From contig NIVC01001894.1 in assembly GCA_002269645.1 (NCBI GenBank), positions 1-64,000 on the forward strand: a DNA stretch of 64,000 nt, read 5' to 3'. Of this stretch, positions 48,960-61,800 are shown one piece after another; within the stretch, counting starts at the first letter, position 1, and each line of letters starts with the position of its first letter. Source of the DNA: Macrostomum lignano (taxonomy: Eukaryota). The position numbers and the translations under genes were made by a program. The notes below the pieces were generated by a model that saw only the letters and a program-made list of their open reading frames with translations, did no database searches and had not been told where the DNA came from.

Positions 48960-49950
48960 GTACAGTTTAGTAGGCGAGTGTAGATGTCAAGGGAGTGCTC
49001 TCCCTCAAAGTACATGATGTAAATGACCCGCACTACTGAGAGCATAGTGATGTAGCCATGAAAGTCTAACGACCCATGAGCCATGAGCCATGGCAGGAGC
49101 CATGTGTAGGAGTTAAAAATCTAGTGCTAAGCGACATGTGTTTGTGTTTAGCAAAGCCTTGTCTTCTTCTAAATTTCAGCAGGTTCAGGTTCAGATTCAG
49201 ATGTCGGTATCAGGCTGTAAAACGGATAAAATGCCTAATTGGCATTAAGAATAAAGGTGAAAGCAAGGACCATTGCTGTAGAGTGGTCTACAACAGTGGT
49301 CCTTGGTGAAAGGCCTATGTAAACATACAGGCCCTGTCGATTTTCACTTTCAATTGGGGCCAACACCGACATGCGTGACGATGAGAACTTAACGTTTAGC
49401 TTGTTATACAGTTATTGTTATTTAAATAGCCGAGATAAATAATAATTAACTTAATAGTAGATTATTCCGGCTTTCCAAAGGATATGAGAAAAACACATTT
49501 TATTTAATGTACTCCACGCGAAAGCAAATTTCAGACGAATTAAAATTATTGTTTCGTAGAAAACTACAGATCTAATTATTTAATAAAAATGAATATCCGG
49601 ACGTAGCTAAGCTAAGGTTGCTATGCTAAGGTGCAAGGTGTAACTAAGGTTTGAGAATTAAGGTCAACAGTTAGCAGTAGACTATATTACTTAGACTACT
49701 CACGGCGGGTTCTAGTAAATCTCTTTGTAAATTGGTCAATCGATAATATCAATATGTAAGATCGAGGTCAAAGATGATGAATATAGCATTGGGCCTCCAA
49801 CTTCAATTGATAAGAAAAGCTTTTTATAGGAAAAATAAAGCCGTTTGTATTCCATGTTCAATTTCTCAATAAAGACTGCATTACTTTAGCATTTTTTCCA
49901 ATAGCCATAAGCCATAGGCTAGCTAGCAATACCTATATTTAGTACTGTAT
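48960..49950 (+). repeat. AT-rich dispersed repeat Y, copy 1
   Basis: Colinear, diverged direct repeat of ~51140-52165 (shared blocks GTAAATGACCCGCA, CAACACCGACATGCGTGACGATGAGAACTT, CACGGCGGGTTC). Confidence 0.75.
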
Positions 49951-49954
49951 ATTA

Positions 49955-50516
49955 ATAGCCCTGTTCCCCCCGTCCCCATCTTTCGACGGTCATCAATCGT
50001 CAGATCGATGACTGGGCTGACTCCCATGACAGGGACAGATGGGCGGGCACCCAAAACTGCCGGCAATCTCGTGCCGCGGTTCCGTGCCCCTCTCGCAGGC
50101 TCAGGAACGTCTTTCTGAACCAAACTCGGAAGGATATTTGAGCCCTTGCCATGACCTTTGCCGGCCATGGCTACCTCGCCAAGCACTGCTTCATCCGAGG
50201 CGACCTCGAGAGTGAGCTTTGCCCCTTTTGCGAGTACGACAATGAAGTTGCTCAGCACTTTGTCACTTCCCTTTCTTTACCAGAGACCGGCTACGCTACC
50301 TCGGGCCTAACCCGTCCATTGACGAGGTCTGCCAGCCCGACAGCATCCCACGGCTCATCCGGCCCCTCCGGGCGACAAGACGAGCCAATTTTTCCCCACG
50401 GAAGATCACGCTGCAGGACGGACCGGCGGACCACCCTGACCCGGCGGACCGCCTCTCTCTGCAGCTGGGGTCTCTGCATGTAGCTGGTGCCTCTGCCTGT
50501 CTGCGGGCCTTCAGGG
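49955..50516 (+). mobile_element. LOA-like 3' body fragment lacking its last ~80 nt
   Basis: MTFAGHGYLAKHCF..CPFC; ends at CTTCAGGG. Confidence 0.8.
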
Positions 50517-51139
50517 ACGGGAGTCTCCTGCATCAGTAGGCGCTAAAAATACACATGCATAACACATGTGTGTTTCCATGCAGCACTTCTGCAGATGCGG
50601 CCAGTGCTTGACAGTCTATTATATAGCTGACTCAAGCTGCGTGTCTGTGAGAGACTGCCGAGAATGGGAACAGTGCAGCTGGGAAATGCGAATGAAATAT
50701 CAGAAAGGATTTTGTTATTACGTGTATAGTCCCTGTGTTCGCCTATACATATTACAGTAGATACAAAATGTACATCCATCAGCCACTTATAAATGCAATA
50801 AATGCGATCCCAAAACTTCGAAAAGTCTCGTACGTGGTCGCAAAAAGGCTCAGACTGCAGAGACACCAGTTGTTTCGTGGGTTGCATGCCATGCATCCAG
50901 TGTACTGGTACTTCTCCGGTAAAGGACGGTAAAAGTGCATCCGATATAAAAAATGATATAAAATAGCAACATTTTGAACTTCGCATCTGGCCTCATTATG
51001 TCTGCACATGTCTGCCAACTTTATGTCAGCACACATATGTATACATACCCTTGTGTATGAATATTTTTCCTTAAAAAACATTTGTAAAGGCCTTCAGCTT
51101 AAGGTTTCCTTTTTCCATTGAATTTCAATATATCATTAG

Positions 51140-52165
51140 GCACAGAATTCAGTAGGCGAGGGCCGATGTCAGTGGGAGTATATAGCTAGTGCATTTTCTT
51201 AAGTGCATGACGTAAATGACCCGCAATACTATTTAAGAGCATACTGAGTACCGATGTAGTCATGAAAGTCTAACGACCCCATTTTCCTTGGCGCAGCTAG
51301 GAGCCAGGATGTGTGGGAGTTAAAAAATCTAGTGCTTTAAGCGATATGTGTTTGTGTTTAGCAAAGTCTTGTCTTTTTCTAGATGTCAGGTTTAGGTTCT
51401 TTTTTTAGGTTTTTAAGGGTTTAGGTTCAGATTCAGATGTCGATTTTAGGCTGTAAAACGGAAAAATCCCTAATTGGCATTAAGAATAAAGGTAAAAGGC
51501 GCCCTGATTTTCACTTTTGGTTAACGCCAACACCGACATGCGTGACGATGAGAACTTAATCTTTATATCTTGTTATATATTTATTGTTATTTTGATAGCT
51601 AGGATAAAAGATTTTTATTTCAATAGTGGCCTCCAACTTGCCAAAGGATATGAGATAAATGCACTTGATTTAATGTAGTCCACGCTAAAGCAAATTTTAG
51701 ACGAAATAAACTTCTTGTTTCGTAGAAAACTACAATAGTTGATAAAAGATAAAATATATTACGACGTAGCGTAGCTAGCTTAGCATGCTATGCTATGCTA
51801 TTGCTAATTTGCTAAGGTCTAACTAAGGACTAAGGCCAACAGCCAGCAGTCAGCTAGGCATAACTCCGCGCCAAAACTATAATTCAATACTAGTAGGCTA
51901 TTTACTTAGACTAGTCACGTCACGGCGGGTTCGAGTAAATTTCTTTGTAAATCGGTCAATCGAGTTCGAGTAATATTGATATGTGAAAATGTGAAATCGA
52001 GGTCAAAGATGATGAAGACATAGGGCTCCAACCCCAATTGGTGGGAAAAGCTATTTATAGGAAAAACTAAACCCTTTTAAATTCCAAAGGTCAATTTCTC
52101 AATAAAGTCTGTATTGCTTTAATTTTAGTATTTTTTCCTATAACCATAGGCTAGCAATACCTAAT
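51140..52165 (+). repeat. AT-rich dispersed repeat Y, copy 2
   Basis: See copy 1. Confidence 0.75.
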
Positions 52166-52213
52166 CTAAATCTTCATCTTATGCCATACTATACTAGGCC
52201 CCTATGCTATACT

Positions 52214-52846
52214 TAGGGGTTGGACAAGATCTTTATCTTGATTGTCAAGATCTCGGCACTTTTCTTAATCTCAATCTTTTTTTAAGATCTCTAAAAAAGT
52301 CAAGATTTGTGACTATATGACTAGGCCTATTGGTGACTACAATATTATCATATTTATGTTTGATATAGGCCTACATCTAGTTACCAACAAGCTCAATATT
52401 AATAATTGTTTTTCCTTCTATTATGATCATTGTACGATCTTATTGTTATGCAGCCATCTAGTGTATTCCTTACAGATTCAGCAAAATACTTAGGTCCATC
52501 TCTATTAACAACCTAGATGGAATTGATAACTAACAAGCCCTAACTATCTACTCATATGGATACAATAAAAGAACTGCAGCCATTGCCTACATCATTCGTC
52601 ACTATCATTGAGTGCTATCACTACCAAATTTGCCTCTGTTGTATTCGCCTTTGTCATTTGATCCAAAGTATGCCATTTTATTGTCACAATTAGCATTAAT
52701 AGATAGAATAGTGTAAATAGGCCTACTAGATGCTAATTAAATTAGGCTTAATCTCAAATCTTAATTGAATCTCAATTGTCTTGAAAGCATAGATCTTGAG
52801 CCTCAAAAATCTCAAAATGTGATATTGTCTAACCGGCTAACCCCTA
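52214..52846. mobile_element. Putative hAT-type MITE
   Basis: Terminal inverted TAGGGGTT..AACCCCTA; degenerate 8-bp TSD GCTATACT/ACTATATT; subterminal (G)ATCTTG motifs at both ends. Confidence 0.5.
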
Positions 52847-55786
52847 ACTATATTATATATTGATAGCTATACAGCTATTTAAAATTTAGTTTATTTAAGT
52901 CATTCAAACATTGATATGCCATGTTATTTGTAGCAGATTATATAAAATCAAAAAATGTGTTAAATAAAAGTAGATCTTATAATTAGTTTAAAAATCAAAT
53001 ATTACAATATATAGTCCATATAATTATTATTTAAACTAATAGACATTTAATAATTTTATGGCCTATTCATAGGGCCTAGTATTAGTGTTTTTGAGGTAGG
53101 GCAAAGAAATAAAGATTATTTTCTCGCTTGTGGCTTGGTTGGCTGATACCAAATTGGGGTGGTTCTAACTTTCAAATTGTCACTGGCATTGAGCTTACAC
53201 AAATTAAATCTGAAAATGGTGCAAATAAATCCCAACAAAATTTCTCCTATAATACTCTGGCTGCCAGGGTCCTCAATTCTGGGGGAAGGATAGTTTTGTT
53301 GTCAGTGAGCAGTCTTCATTAGGCACAGTTGTTCAGAGTGGGTCCTTAGACACCGAATTGGATGTGCATCAAATCAAATGCTTCAAATGCTTAAATGGTT
53401 ACTATGAGTAGCCTAGTGCTGCCACCATTGTTATTTTTATATTATAGAACGTTGAGGTCTCAGAGCTTTCTTTGAGATAAAACTTGGTTATTTTATGCCC
53501 CATGGGCATATGACTCAATATAGGCTATGGTTCTGATTAGTTAATTTGTGATTAAAGATTGTTTAATGTTTATTAATAGTACTGAGAACTAAGGAAAATA
53601 TTAGCTAGATTAAATAAGGTGACTTATTAATATTATTTTGGCAACCTAACAATCAGATGATAGTTGGCAGTACCGCGGGTACACTAATAAATGTTAAGCA
53701 AAAGTTACACACAAGCTAATAGACTCAATCAAGTTGTACTAAAGGTTAAGTATTAATAATCAGTTAAAGTTATGAGAAAGGGAAGGGAAAGAAAAGGCAA
53801 GGTCAAGACAAGGTCAATGCCAGGGAGCATTATTAAATAGAACAAAAAGAGCAGAATGTAGACAAACAGGGACAAACACTGGGGACAAAACATGGACACA
53901 AAAGACCAAACATGGAAATAGAATTTTGAAATGCAGTCAAACATAGAAAAACAAAAAATAACCAAATGGGGGATGCACAAAACCAGGGAAAGGAGCAAGG
54001 AGGCCAAACCCAGGAAGCAAGAAAATGATGAAATTTTGCCATTAGGGGGCATCTTATGGTAGACAAAATGGGCCAACCCAGGTAACAGAAAAAGGAGGGT
54101 CATAAGATGGTCTGGAAAATTAATTTCTTAGCAGAAATTTTCAGTGCATAGTAGAGCATATCAAAAGCTAACAACAAAATGAAACATCATGTATAGTACA
54201 GAATCAAATTGACATCAAGCTGACCAGTTGGAAGCAACCATCATATTTTTTACCAATTGCTGATTTTAACTCTCAAACTGAAAAGTGCATAATGCAGTAG
54301 AAAGTTTTAAATTAAAAAGCACTAATAAAAGCTAAAAAATTATGTTTTATTACTTTGATTTAGTCTACATTTTACTAGATCTTCTAGTGCCACTGCATTT
54401 TTGCTATGAATTTGTCAATAACAAATATAGGGCTTGGTGTAGAACTTTGTACTTTAGCTTCATGCATAGCATATACCAAAAATATACTAAAATGTAGGCC
54501 TATTCCTGAATACACACAACACTTTCCTTCAGGGAGTATTGAGGCCTAGTAGCCAAAAAGTCCCAAAATCCTAATGTAGAAAGTATATTAATCCTAGTAG
54601 TATAATCATGTATTGATTAGTTCTACTTGTTTAAAATTAAAAATAGTTATAAAAGCCTAACCAATTACCAATTTCTCAGATAAATCGTCAAGGTTCCAAT
54701 TTCTAAATAAATTGCACCTTCTCTCTCCATCTCCTGTTTCCCTCCCTCTGTGTCTCTTGGCCTTCTCTCTCTATCTCCTTGTCTGTTTAACCACAATAAT
54801 AATAGAAATTGGCATCCCAAAGAAAGAACTATACAAAATATATCTCATATTTAAACATGAGCAATAAATCTTTTCTCTATGATAAGCTATCTTAGCATGC
54901 ATAGAAACATTGGTATTCTGTCTATTATATTTGATAAAACAAACCTTTTTTTGGTAAATAAAGCTCTTTTTTCATAGAAGTTAGAACAGTCTCTATAAAG
55001 TATAGATTAATTAAAAATTAAACATATTGTCATTATTGAAACTCTTGTTTTAATAACAATTTATCTAGAGTTCTGGATCTATAAAATACAACAATTATTT
55101 ATAAAATTAGATATCTTTTCTTATTAGTCTCTATACCAGGGGTCCCTAACCTTCTACAGATAGTAGGCCACATTTACAACTGGCTTAGGTATGTGGGCCA
55201 CACGCTCCTTCACTTCCTTTATCCCCCTCAACCCTTTTAACCCGCAACCCCTATATCCTTTACCTTGAATATTGATATTACCTAGCATTCCTTCTTACTT
55301 TTCACTTCAACTCTTGAATGCATATACATTTGTGCACTAGGAGTGGCTAAAATAGCAATCCAAATGAATTGAAGTGTCAGGAGCCACAGTGAAATCCAAT
55401 GATAGACTCAGTGGGCTGAATGTAATGCAAACTTATTAAATAAAGTTTAAATAATGTTTCTTAATGAAAAGCTTCCATGTCTAAGGCTACTGGTATGTCC
55501 AAAAGAATAGTAGAATTACTATTAAAAGCAACAAATTAACTAATCATGGTACTATCAAGCATTTTAAAGAACCAAAATATTAAGTTGAATAATTGATAAT
55601 TAAAATTTAATCTTATACTAATTATACTTTCAGGGCAAAACTAGTTTGAATTGCTAATTACTAAATACAATTATTTGCATTTGGTATTGGAACTCCAAAT
55701 ATTTATTAATCACAGAAGTTTTTTATCGCTGGATAACATTGAATCAGTGAATTGCAACTCTGTCCAATGTGTGCTCTGTGGCATTC

Positions 55787-55823
55787 ATGAGTACACCAAC
55801 AAGTGATATAGGAACTCTTACTG
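55787..55823 (+). CDS. TRAK1: TRAK putative first coding exon (MSTPTSDIGTLT)
   Basis: ATG..CTG|GTAAGT; phase 1 joins the next exon to give TLT-D-VHSNENL, resembling TRAK T-D-VC-SNE-L. Confidence 0.6.
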
Positions 55824-58800
55824 GTAAGTGAATATTTATTATTTTCAAGCAGGTCTTGCTCAATTCGCTAGTTTAATGTTAATGAAATAATTTATGATAT
55901 TTATTTTTGTACCTTAAGTGAGTAGTATAATGATTTATTAGCATTTGAGGGAGACATGTCACAGAGGTTTGAAAATTAGAGAAATTTTAGGATTCAGCTC
56001 ATGTTTCTATTTAATTGCTGCTTTTAGATTTTTACAGTTGCTGCGTTGGTCATTTAGTCTTTGCTTTATTTTATTTTTTTAGTTCAAATGCAACAACATG
56101 CATGTTAAATACTTAAAATTTCTACCCAATTATGCATACATTGCTTATGCACTTAGTGTTTTAATTATATGCTTTGCACTTTGCAATCAATGTTAATGTA
56201 TGAAATACATCATATATTTACATGTAATATTAGTAAATTTCTTTGTTATAATGTGTCCTTGTAGACTGACTGCACTTAGGATATTGAAATCAGAAGTCAT
56301 CAATACCTTGAAATGTATGTTGACCAAATTAATTGCTATTAGTAATGTCCGTTTCTAACTATGAGCAGTCATACTTATACTTAGTTGTTATTGCAATGAA
56401 CTTGCACTTTTTAACAATCTAGAGCTTTGTCTTACTCTTTAAACTGTCTCACTCTCAGCCTGTTGTTACTTTCATAGCTTTTTATCTTTGATAACAACTC
56501 TCTGTAGATGCTTTTTTGTCTCATGTAGCTAAGAGACGCCAATGTTAGACATTCTTGTTAAGCAGACTGCTAATAGTAGTGCAGTATGCTGTGCATACAC
56601 ATTTTTTCTCTAAATCTCACAATCATGTTTGCCCTCTAAAAACAGCCTTTGCTTTAACAGAATCTAATTGAATAACTGACTCTAGCAGTTTAAGAGTTTT
56701 AAGTTCTTCCATCTGATGCTAAGAAGTGAGCAGATGCAAAGGCAAGTACAACACTCGCATAGGAGACATTGCTGCGCTCATAAGCGCCTATTTGTGCTAG
56801 CACTAACCTATCGCAATCTGATACCATACGTGGAATCGAACCCGGGCCCTCCTTAGACTAGGCTTTGTTTTTATGTTAGAAACGTTTTTGTACATCAAAA
56901 CTATCATCACTTTCCTAAATAACGATGAACTTTACAATTTGACAGTTTGACAATTTCTTTTACCTTTTAAAATGCTATCAAAATGTTCTTTCCTAGCCAG
57001 AGGCAACATGTGCATGCTAATAAGGGCAGGCAGGGGTGTGCGGTGAGTGAAGGCTGGCTAGATGATAAGAATTTGGAAAGTTTATTAGCCTGAAAACTGA
57101 GTGTCCGGCCCTACTCGACCGTCTCACAGCCTCGCTACTCAGTGTTAGTTTTTTCTCTTCTCTTAAACAAACTCCCCTAGCAGTACTTATTGTTTAATTC
57201 GGGCGAGCGATTTCCTACCTAACTGACAGCCCTAGCAACCAGCCGCACGTGTACTTGTGCGCACTCGCGCCCAGTAGAATCCAGAGCCCCCCGTGGTGTG
57301 CGCGTGAGAGAGGCGAGAGACGAATGCCATACCGTGTGCTGTATTGTACGAGTATTTTGTGCGTAAACAGAAATTATATATAATATATAATAGCAGCGGT
57401 TAGCCTCTGACCCAAGAGTTTTATTAATTTATTATGCTAACAAAGACTAAGTCATGTTTTATTCAGACACAAGGCTAGTTTTCTCACCCAAGCTCGATTA
57501 TATATAATAACTAACTTGGCCTAGTAACTAACCGCCGTCTATGTATTTCCTGTCGCAGATGTTCACAGCAACGAGAATTTGGCCGAAGTAGAACTAGTCT
57601 CCTTAGTGACCGAGTCGCTGCCGCGTTATAAATTGCGCGCCGATCGGCTTGTTGAGCTGACCGGTTATGCTCACAAAGACTGGATAGACGTATCGCCTAG
57701 GCACAGACGGGCCTCCATCACAGCGGATCGGAAGGCCTCTAACGAGGCGTTGACTTATGAGCAGATTAGCAAATCGTTGGACTATTTTCTATTGTGCGGA
57801 CTGAGAATTAGCCAGATGACTAAGGCTTATCATGACATCGAGGCGGTCACCAGGCTGTTGGAAGAGGTTCGTGTTTTTCTTGTTCTATGTTGCTTTTTTT
57901 ATTTGAATTTTTCATTCCTAGTAGGGCTACTTTTGCATACTTGTATCTGTGCACTCTTAAATCGTTTGTAGGTACCCTAGCAACTAAATCGGGGGGATAT
58001 GTAGTTTATAGGACGTTATTGAAGTACCCTAGTAACTAAATCGGGGGATATGTAGTTTATAGGACGTTATTGAAGTACCCTAGCAACTAAATCGGGGAGA
58101 TATGTAGTTTATAGGACGTTATTGAAGTACCCTAGTAACTAAATCGGGGGGATATGTAGTTTATAGGACGTTATTGAAGTACCCTAGTAACTAAATCGGG
58201 GAGATATGTAGTTTATAGGACGTGATTGATGTACCCTAGCAACTAAATCAGTGGATATGTAGTTTGTAGGACGTGATTGAAGTACCCTAGCAACTAAACA
58301 GGTGGATATGTAGTTTGTAGGAAGTGATTGAAGTACCCTAGCAACTAAATCAGGGGGATATGTAGTTTATAGAAGATTGAAGTGCCCTAGCAACTATATC
58401 TGGGTTTATGCAACTTATTGGATATTTAAATCGCCCCAATACACATTTTGTTATTCGCATTCGATGGCCAAATCTAATTATTCGAATCATACCGAATTAT
58501 TAATTTCCCACAAACTCCCCAGCGCGAAACCGACCTGGAGCTGGCCGCCAGGATAGGCAAAGAGCTGCTAGAAAAGAATCGCGATCTGCAAGCAAAATGC
58601 GACATATTAGACGAACAGCTAACGCAGGAACGAGACGTTGTAAGTAGTGTTAAGCGGGTTTTCTATGCAAAAAAGCAAATGCCTAAAGATATTTTTGTGT
58701 ACTATTTCAGGTGGCGCAGTTGCGACACGATTTGCATCTGAAGGAGGAGCTGCTGGCAATCTATGCTCAGAGCGAGGATTCCGAGGTCGCGGGCGCTTCG

Positions 58801-61800
58801 GCAAGCGAAGGGTATGTCAGAGTGCTGTGGGGCTGGTTGATTCTGTCACAGGAATGATTATTCATTCCCTCTCTGTCACAGGAATGATGATCCATTCCCT
58901 CTCTGTCACAGGAATAATTATCCATTCCCTCTCTGTCACAGGAATGGTTATCCATTCTCTCTCTGTCACAGGAGTGATTATCCATTCCCTCTCTGTCACA
59001 GGAATAATTATCCATTCCCTCTCTGTCACAGGAGTGATGATCCATTCCCTCTCTGTCACAGGAATAATTATCCATTCCCCTATGTAGTCACAGGAGTGAT
59101 GATCCATTCCCTCTCTGTCACAGGAATAATTATCCATTCTGTAAAGTGGCTCGCTTGATGAAGAGTAGATAAATAAAGGTAAATATCAACATGAAGTATT
59201 ATTTGAGTTGCCGATGCATTTCGTCCATTTGCATTAGGACATCGTCAGGGTCTTTTTATTGAGAAACAATTTGAACGAATATTCAGTATATATAGATAGT
59301 TGAGAGTAACAAGAGTAGTTGAATTGAGTTTTTAATTGATGGTTTAAAACTTGTACATAGTAATCAATTTTTGATACAGTATTGGTTGGGTAAAGTGCAT
59401 ATCAGTTTCAAGCCAGTCCGGTCATTGACAAATCAGCTAAAAAATTCTGAGTTGACGGCTAGCCCCACCCATCGCAAGTTGGTTATTTAACGTGGGCTGT
59501 TTGGTCTTAATGTACAGGGCTTCTAATAGGCAGAGCATGTGATCTCTATTACAAAATTATACTACTGTTAGGGTTGCTAATCTAGCCTTTGGCAATGTGC
59601 TGGGTATAATGGATTGCTCATCTGGCCTTTGGCAATGTGCTGGGTATAATGGATTGCTAATCTAGCCTTTGGCAATGTGCTGGGTATAATGGGTTGCTAA
59701 TCTAGCCTTTGGCAATGTGCTGGGTATAATGGATTGCTAATCTAGCCTTTGGCAATGTGCTGGGTATAATGGATTGCTAATCTAGCCTTTGGCAATGTGC
59801 TGGGTATAATGGATTGCTAATCTAGCCTTTGGCAATGTGCTGGGTATAATGGATTGCTCATCTGGCCTTTGGCAATGTGTTGGGTATAATGGATTGCTAA
59901 TCTAGCCTTTGGCAATGTGCTGGGTATAATGGATTGCTAATCTAGCCTTTGGCAATGTGCTGGGTATAATGGATTGCTAATCTAGCCTTTGGCAATGTGC
60001 TGGGTATAATGGATTGCTCATCTGGCCTTTGGCAATGTGTTGGGTATAGTGGGTTGCTCATCTTCTGCTGATCTTGTGTATGAAAAAACCGATCCACCTC
60101 CTTTCTCCAAAGCCACTTTTAAGAAGATGCTCAAATTCGCCACCTCCGGCATCTTTCTTTTTCGGGACAAATATTACAGACAGATTGATGGGTGTGCCAT
60201 GGGCAGCCCTCTCGCCCCAACCCTCGCTAATTTATGCATGGCCCACTGGGAGAAGGACTGGATGGCCCTCCCTTGTGCGCCTCACTTCTACAAACGCTAC
60301 GTCGATGACACGTTTGCGATCTTTGAGGACGAAGCTAAGAAGGACGAGTTTTTTAAGTTAATCAATTCTACTTATGAGAATATCAAATTCACGGCGGAGG
60401 GGGGAGGCAGAAGACTTCCTTTCTTAGACATTGACGTTGACGCCACCGATGAAACTATTTCGACCAGCGTGTATAGGAAACCTAGCTATACCGGGCTTAT
60501 GCTTAGGTTTGACGCCTTGTGCCCTAGACAATGGAAAACCGGATTGATTCGTTGCTTTCTTCACCGGGCTTTTTCCACTTGCAGCTCTTGGAGACTTTTC
60601 CACAACGAAGTTGAAATCCTCACCAATCTGCTCAGCTACAATGGCTATCCTAAGAACTTTGTGATGAAAATTGTCAACTCTTTTCTCAATGACAAACTGA
60701 CTGAACCTAATCGGATGAAAGTTCGTGATTCCACCTCTGAATGTCCCTTGATCACTTTGCCTTACTTTGGTGTTTGTTCTATAGAGTTTAAAAAGAAGTT
60801 AGAAAAGCTGCTCCGTAAAGACTTAAACACTCAAATCCGTGTTGTGTTTCGCACCGAAAAGATTGCTAAGTTTGTCTGCAAGTTGAAATCCAGTGTTCCA
60901 CGTCCTCTCGCGGCTGGTGTCGTGTATAAATTTGTTTGCTCTGAGGACCAGAGCATCTCCTACATAGGAAAAACTAAACGACACTTATACACGAGGGTCA
61001 GAGAGCACTGGCTAAAAAACTCTGCTATTAACGAACACCTGCTAACCTGCAATTCTTGTTGTGAGGCTGAACCACACGAAATGATAAAGGCTATTGATTT
61101 TTGTAATAGAGATCACATGCTCTGCCTATTAGAAGCCCTGTACATTAAGACCAAACAGCCCACGTTAAATAACCAACTTGCGATGGGTGGGGCTAGCCGT
61201 CAACTCAGAATTTTTTAGCTGATTTGTCAATGACCGGACTGGCTTGAAACTGATATGCACTTTACCCAACCAATACTGTATCAAAAATTGATTACTATGT
61301 ACAAGTTTTAAACCATCAATTAAAAACTCAATTCAACTACTCTTGTTACTCTCAACTATCTATATATACTGAATATTCGTTCAAATTGTTTCTCAATAAA
61401 AAGACCCTGACGATGTCCTAATGCAAATGGACGAAATGCATCGGCAACTCAAATAATACTTCATGTTGATATTTACCTTTAATTATCCATTCTCTCTCTG
61501 TCACAGGAGTGATTATCCATTCCCTCTCTGTCACAGGAATAATTATCCATTCCCTCTCTGTCACAGGAGTGATTATCCATTCCCTCTCTGTCACAGGAGT
61601 GATGATCCATCCTTCCGCACCCCTTCAGCGAGTCGCTGAGCCAGTCCGTGGGCAGTTTCGCCGGTGTTCACCTCACAAACCTGGAGCGCAAAGTGAAGCA
61701 GCTCGAAGAGGAGAACATGCAGCTGCGGCTTGAGAAGTCCCGACTCAGCAGCGACACTGACGGCATGGAGGAGCGGGAGACGGCCTTGGTGAAGGACTGC

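Larger units (their letters stand above)
59139..61481 (+). mobile_element. Penelope-like element, 5'-truncated, with inverted pseudo-LTR
   Basis: RT and GIY-YIG ORF; 59174-59556 is the reverse complement of ~61099-61481; flanked by AATTATCCATTC inside the host 30-bp minisatellite. Confidence 0.9.

Noticed and set aside
53753-54103. Hydrophobic 116-aa minus-strand ORF suggesting a membrane protein
   Set aside because: It is the antisense of purine-rich low-complexity sequence and starts at a non-ATG codon.
55137-55420. CAGGGGTCCCTAACCTT resembling a hAT/Charlie TIR
   Set aside because: No matching second TIR or TSD was found.
56826-56850. tRNA T-arm/B-box GGTTCGATTCC on the minus strand
   Set aside because: No A-box, acceptor stem or cloverleaf could be built; at most a SINE or tRNA relic.
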